NCBI RefSeq assembly: GCF_006345805.1
Contig: NC_043019.1
Coordinates: 8,431,360 to 8,495,359 of the forward strand
Reading direction: 5' to 3'
DNA length: 64,000 nucleotides
Source of the DNA: Octopus sinensis
Taxonomy: Eukaryota
In this document: positions 58,732 to 64,000 of the stretch, in pieces
How the letters are laid out: the number at the start of each line of letters is the position of its first letter
Numbering within the stretch: the stretch's first letter is position 1
Notes under the pieces: generated by a model
What the model was told of the DNA's origin: nothing
Databases searched by the model: none
What the model saw: the letters and a program-made list of their open reading frames with translations, nothing else
Translations under genes and position numbers: made by a program

Positions 58732-58829
58732 ATACATATATATTTATTTACTTATATATTTATTTATATATATATACATATATATATGTATCTACTTATA
58801 TACATATATATATATATATATAGATATAT

Positions 58830-58878
<49 letters not shown>

Positions 58879-58949
58879 GTATCGAAGTTAGACTAATATG
58901 CTTTTTATTAAAACTGCAAAATTATCACAAAGCTGCTACTCAGATTCAC

Positions 58950-59150
58950 GTTATGATTCGCCATGATAGATCGCAAGCCACTACACATTATTTATCTTCT
59001 CTCCTTGTTTCTTTCTTTGTTCCTTTCTGTCGAAGAGCATAGGCTCAAAACGTTAAAGACTTCTTCCCTTCCCGAGACTTAAACTAATACATCAGTTTGT
59101 TGATCTACACCATCTGTCTTCGCCTTTTGTTTTTTTGTGAATTCTCCCTA
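58950..59150 (+). mobile_element. (TA)n-associated repeat with degenerate minimal hammerhead motif (Penelope-like terminal repeat remnant)
   Basis: 59023-59058 parses as cttt-CTGTCGA-a-gagc/atag/gctc-AAAA-cgtt-aaag; colinear with 21283-21470. Confidence 0.55.
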
Positions 59151-59175
59151 TATATATATATATATATATATATTA

Positions 59176-59480
59176 TCACGTGATCACGTGACCGACCAGA
59201 CTATCAGATGTTGTTACACATCGCTAGTCACAATGCGTTCGCATTGTTTTAGCCTTCGAACGACGCCACCCCGCTGGCTAAGCGAGCAGGCCAACAGAAG
59301 AAAGAGTGGGAGAAAGAGTGGTGAAAGAGTACAGCAGGGATCACTAACCCCTGCCGGAGCCTCGTGGGGCTTTTAGGTGTTTACACTCAATAAACACTCA
59401 CAACGCCCGGTCTGTGAATCGAAACAGCGAACCTACGACCGCGAGTCCTCTGCCCTAACCACTGGACCGTTGCGCCTCCA
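59176..59480 (-). mobile_element. tRNA-derived SINE, family E, with RTE-like 3' tail
   Basis: Head ggaggcgcaacggtccagtggttagggc...gtttcgattc; 3' end ctggtcggtcacgtgatcacgtga followed by (TA)n. Confidence 0.85.
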
Positions 59481-60689
59481 CACACACACACATACACACC
59501 ACACCATATATATATATATATACACACATACATATATCTTTATATATATATATAACCTAAATATATATATATATATATATACATATACACAAGCCATTAT
59601 CTATCACCTTCCCCATCAAACACATATATAACGTAAAATATATATGCATGCGTGTGTGCTCGCACCTATATATGTATATATGACCGTATAGTTTACGTGC
59701 ACTTATGTATGAAAACTTACCCATATATATCTGTGTATGTGTGTGAACTTGTGTGTGTGTACATATATGTGTGTGTGTGTGCATGAGTGTGCGTGTGTTC
59801 TATTTGGAATTCGTAAAATTGGCACGTAACATTAAGAAATCGGAGAAGACCAAAAAATGTTCGATGATGTTATATAAGTGTCTGCCAACAATCATACATA
59901 CACTTTACGCACAGGAATTACATTTTTTTTGGCCAATTATAATTAATTGAAACCTTTCTTATCTCGAATCATTTCCAGAAAAACTAAATTGATTTGAAAT
60001 TGTCGTCGTCTTCCATTGATATTGATATTAACGTCTACCTCTGTTTGAAACGTGCTCAGCCGCTATGGCTTCCTGGCGTAGCGCTTACGTCATACTGTGT
60101 TTTCTCTAAGACAGTCCAACGACTGACTTACAATAAGAGCAACAGCCTCAACTCAATTCTTTGCGTAATGAACATGGGACAGATACGAAGAAAATGCTGC
60201 GTGGGTGGCTGAGTATACTAGTCATGATATGTCGTATAAATATGCACACGTCTAAGTTTCATGCTAGATCAGCACATACACGCCCGTATATATATATGTA
60301 TATTATATATATATATATATTAATATATATATTATATATATATATATATATAAACAGAGAGAGAGAGTGAGAGAGAGAGAGAGAGATGGATGTATGTATG
60401 TAAGTATATAAGTGCGTGGATCATATGTGTATATACGAATGTGTATATATATATATGTGTCAATATGCATACATGTATATATATATATGCATTTATATAC
60501 ATACATACATACATATATATATATATATGTCTGTATGGGTTATAAGTAACTACCTAAGTGATATTAAATATCCAATATACTACCGGGTGTGTACCTGCGT
60601 ATTTATAACCAAGTGTTTACTATTGCATGGCAATATTGCAATTGAATACTAGGTATGGGTGGAGGTAAATTAGAAATTTACCCAGGAAT

Positions 60690-60840
60690 TATAAGGCAAA
60701 TAATGAAATATTCTCCTTTGTATGATGAAAAGAATAAAGAATGCCTGTTATGTGTGTGATACATTTTATGCTAAAGGCCAATTTTCTTGTACTTGACATA
60801 AAAAAAGGGAGAACTGTATTTTGCCTTCATAAGGCTAAGC
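60690..60840 (+). mobile_element. Possible Penelope-like element extreme C-terminal remnant
   Basis: IMKYSPLYDEKNKECLLCV* loosely resembles the PY...C.LCL.EK end of PLE ORFs; stops present. Confidence 0.2.
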
Positions 60841-61814
60841 TCACTTTCTCTAAATATCATTAATATTAACTGTTATTAGTGCTAGTACATCCTTTGATAA
60901 TAATACTATTTTCCCTAATCTAAACACTATATATTGATTGCCATCCTTTCGTTTTCTATGTACTCCACACACTTAATATACCCTATTTATTATCTTCTTA
61001 ATAAATAAACATACTCCTTACTAGTATATGTGTACATATATATGTGTGTATGTATTTACATATAGATACACATATTCAATTAAACCGGTTTATCTTTCGG
61101 TTGTCACTCCATATTTTTCTAAGTTAAATTTCTATGCATATATTTTATACACTCTTTCTAAGCTCTCATTAAAGAATGTATCCGTGTGTCTGGATACTTA
61201 TTACTACCAGTACCTGTATATCTAGATGGATTAAAATACATCTAAACATTAAAACCTACATGTCTATCTTATCATCCCCATATTAAACAGAATAACTCAC
61301 ATTCTAACTATAATTAATTCCATAAGGTTACAATTTTACAGGTTAACAACCTGATATAATTATTATACAACATATGGTTGATTACGTTCCTTAAGCACTT
61401 CGTTCATCATAACAAGAATACTTTCTGTTTATATCAAGAATTGAGAATAACCTGAACGTTATTTTTAGTGTTTAAATGTCTACACACAAGTATTGAATTG
61501 CAATAGGCACTAACCCGCTTCAACTAAAGTCTATAAGTCTAGAAATATTTTAATCCACATTTGCTCTTATATTTCAGACACTTCTCTTAAGCTTGAAATT
61601 ATTACTCAGATCTGCCCATAACGTAAGAACACTCATTAAAAACTATTTTAATGTATGATATATATATATATATATTTATGTTTACATATGTATTGGCTTA
61701 TTTTATTCATTTACTTGGATCACTTACGCATATGTTTGTAATCAATTAATAAATAGATATAATTGAATGTTTACTAGCTGATGTTGTCGATTGTGTATCC
61801 TCTCTATTTTCTTA

Positions 61815-61817
<3 letters not shown>

Positions 61818-61902
<85 letters not shown>
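61818..61902. repeat. (TA)n array
   Basis: Direct reading. Confidence 0.97.
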
Positions 61903-61904
<2 letters not shown>

Positions 61905-63063
61905 CCGGTTTAATTGAAATATTATATATATATATATTATATATATACATATATATGTATATATATATTAATATACATATATATATATATTAGATATATA
62001 TATATATATATATGCAAACGCGTGAGTAAAAGGTTGTTTTGTTTGCGTTCGTGTATGTCCGTCGTCCCTGTATCTAATTTTACAAAATCTAAAATATATA
62101 TGGTCGTATTCATTAAACACCCTCTTTTGTTTGTCATGAATAATGAATATACATACCGAATATATATATATCCATTACCGTCATATCGTCCCAGACCCTT
62201 TGTTAATACTTAGGAATTCCTGCGTATCAATCTCAGTATGATAAGCCTGGCTGTAATCCAAGTATCCAATGTTTCCCTTTTTAATTGCTTTTATTTCCTC
62301 ATTGTTATAACCACGTTGTTGTTTATTCCCAGAGCGATCTTTATCCATGAAACTAGGATCAAATTTGTTCCAGTTATTCACGATCCAGTATTTTTTACTT
62401 TTATTTCTTTGTAAATCTGAAAATAACATTTCTCACCATTTAAGGAAAACGAAAATGAAAACGGCAATGGCTTTACTTTTATTTCCAGCGTTTCGTCTGA
62501 CGGTTCTGCGACCATTTTGAATATGTTTACATAGAAAGTAATTATGATGAATGGAATCAATGAAGCATATATTCCAATGTAACAATTCTCTTCTCTTGAT
62601 GCTGCTAATAGTACGGAGAACTACGATATCTTTGTATTAAAAGCTGTGCAAAGCAATTTGAAAGATATTTTACAGCTCTTCTTGTAGCGACCATGATTTT
62701 CCTTTTGCATACATCGTGCTACTTCGATTTCAGGTGCACTTTTGATTCTCTTTCTTTAGAATGAAGGTTGTAGATATTCTTAGATCTCCCCATGGCGAAA
62801 GGAGTCATCGAACATCACGAAAACTAATGTGTAATTTTGTAAATTATATTCAATCCAATACTAAATGCAATGTGCTGGAAATATCGTTTAAAGAAAGAAA
62901 ATTGCATATATTATATAATCATAATTATCTTTAAATAGACAACTTGTGAATGGTTTGAGATAATTTTCGTCATGGGATAGCAAGTTCAGAGTCAATCATT
63001 GAAGAAATTATAAGGAGACAAAGCAGTAACATTTATATTGGTAACAGTATTTGCACCTATATA

Positions 63064-63106
<43 letters not shown>

Positions 63107-63245
63107 GTATGTATGTATGTATGTATGTATGCTGTATGTATGTATGTACAATATATATGTATATATATGTCCATGTGTAAATATATATGTATATGTAAAT
63201 ATATAATATATAATAAATAAGGGTGTGCACTAGTTTTTTCTATAT

Positions 63246-63360
63246 ATATATCCACCGAGGTCGACTTTGTCATTCTTCCTCTCGGGGTCGATAAAATAAA
63301 TACCACTTAGACACTGGTGACGATGTAATTCAAACTAGCGGCCTTATTCCCAAATTTCAG
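63246..63360 (+). mobile_element. SINE family B fragment
   Basis: ccgaggtcgactttgtcattcttcctctcggggtcgataaaataaatacc. Confidence 0.75.
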
Positions 63361-63489
63361 CGATGGGTGTATTCCTCTAATTTATAGGAATATCTTTACG
63401 AAAACTGATACGAAAGAGGCACAACAGCACGAAATTTTACAAATGAACAAGGACACTCAAATATATATTTTATACCAAGCTTTTGCCAT

Positions 63490-63760
63490 TGTTGTGTGGA
63501 CGCCCCCAGACGATGAAGTAGGCTAGCCCAATACGTAGATATAGAGGAAGTAGACTAGAGTAATAGAGAGAAGAGTTGACTAGTAGAGGCATCCGAACGT
63601 GCGACATAAAAGTGGCGACGAGGATTGCGTATCTCACACAGCCACTGTGTAGTATTACGACATAACAGCCATCGAAATTCTACTCACGATACTGCGGTTA
63701 AACTTGGACTAGATTTAAAAGCATTACTTGAAAAAAAGGCGCAATGCGTCTGAGCGATAT
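63490..63760 (+). mobile_element. Gypsy-like LTR retrotransposon 5' remnant: short TG...CA LTR, primer-binding site and start of internal region
   Basis: tgttgtg (63490)...gcgaca (63606), then tggcgacgaggat (63613-63625), complementary to the 3' end of tRNA-Ser(GCU) including CCA. Confidence 0.65.
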
Positions 63761-64000
63761 ATGGATGTCTTTGCGATGTAAATTTAATAAATATATGAAA
63801 ATTCGCTCTACATAAATCTTTTGGGTTTGAATTCCTTATTATTATTTCGTTGGGTTTCTACAGTTTCGCTACAGACTTTCATATTTTTCAATATATTATT
63901 CCATATATTTTGTTTTTCCCCTTTATTCTCTCTTTCTAAATTGTATATTTAACTCAAATCTATGTGAAACATCATCTTATAAATCATTTACATAATCTTA

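Noticed and set aside
62181-62429. 82-aa minus-strand ORF (YWIVNNW, GYLDYSQAY)
   Set aside because: Only isolated motif resemblances to unrelated families (papain, reverse transcriptase); no coherent assignment.

Overview
AT-rich, microsatellite-dense eukaryotic non-coding DNA. The SINE families resemble those I recall from octopus genomes, so a coleoid cephalopod origin is inferred, not proven. I cannot support any complete host protein-coding gene. Most long ORFs in the track are translations of simple repeats, and there are only a few low-confidence splice-site-bounded exon candidates. The interpretable content is transposable-element debris: several tRNA-derived SINE families, R4/Dong, RTE and CR1-type LINE fragments, a Penelope-like GIY-YIG fragment, mariner/Tc1 remnants, a 1.6-kb foldback element and a Gypsy-type LTR with a tRNA-Ser primer-binding site. 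The most notable observations are four (TA)n-associated repeats carrying degenerate minimal hammerhead-ribozyme motifs, a ~560-bp non-coding element bounded by (AAT)n-type repeats, two SINE/LINE shared-3'-tail pairs, a near-perfect 171-bp palindrome built on a (TA)n array, and nested or inverted SINE pairs able to form long dsRNA. I found no clear novel multi-gene system. Many coordinates for degenerate repeats are approximate.
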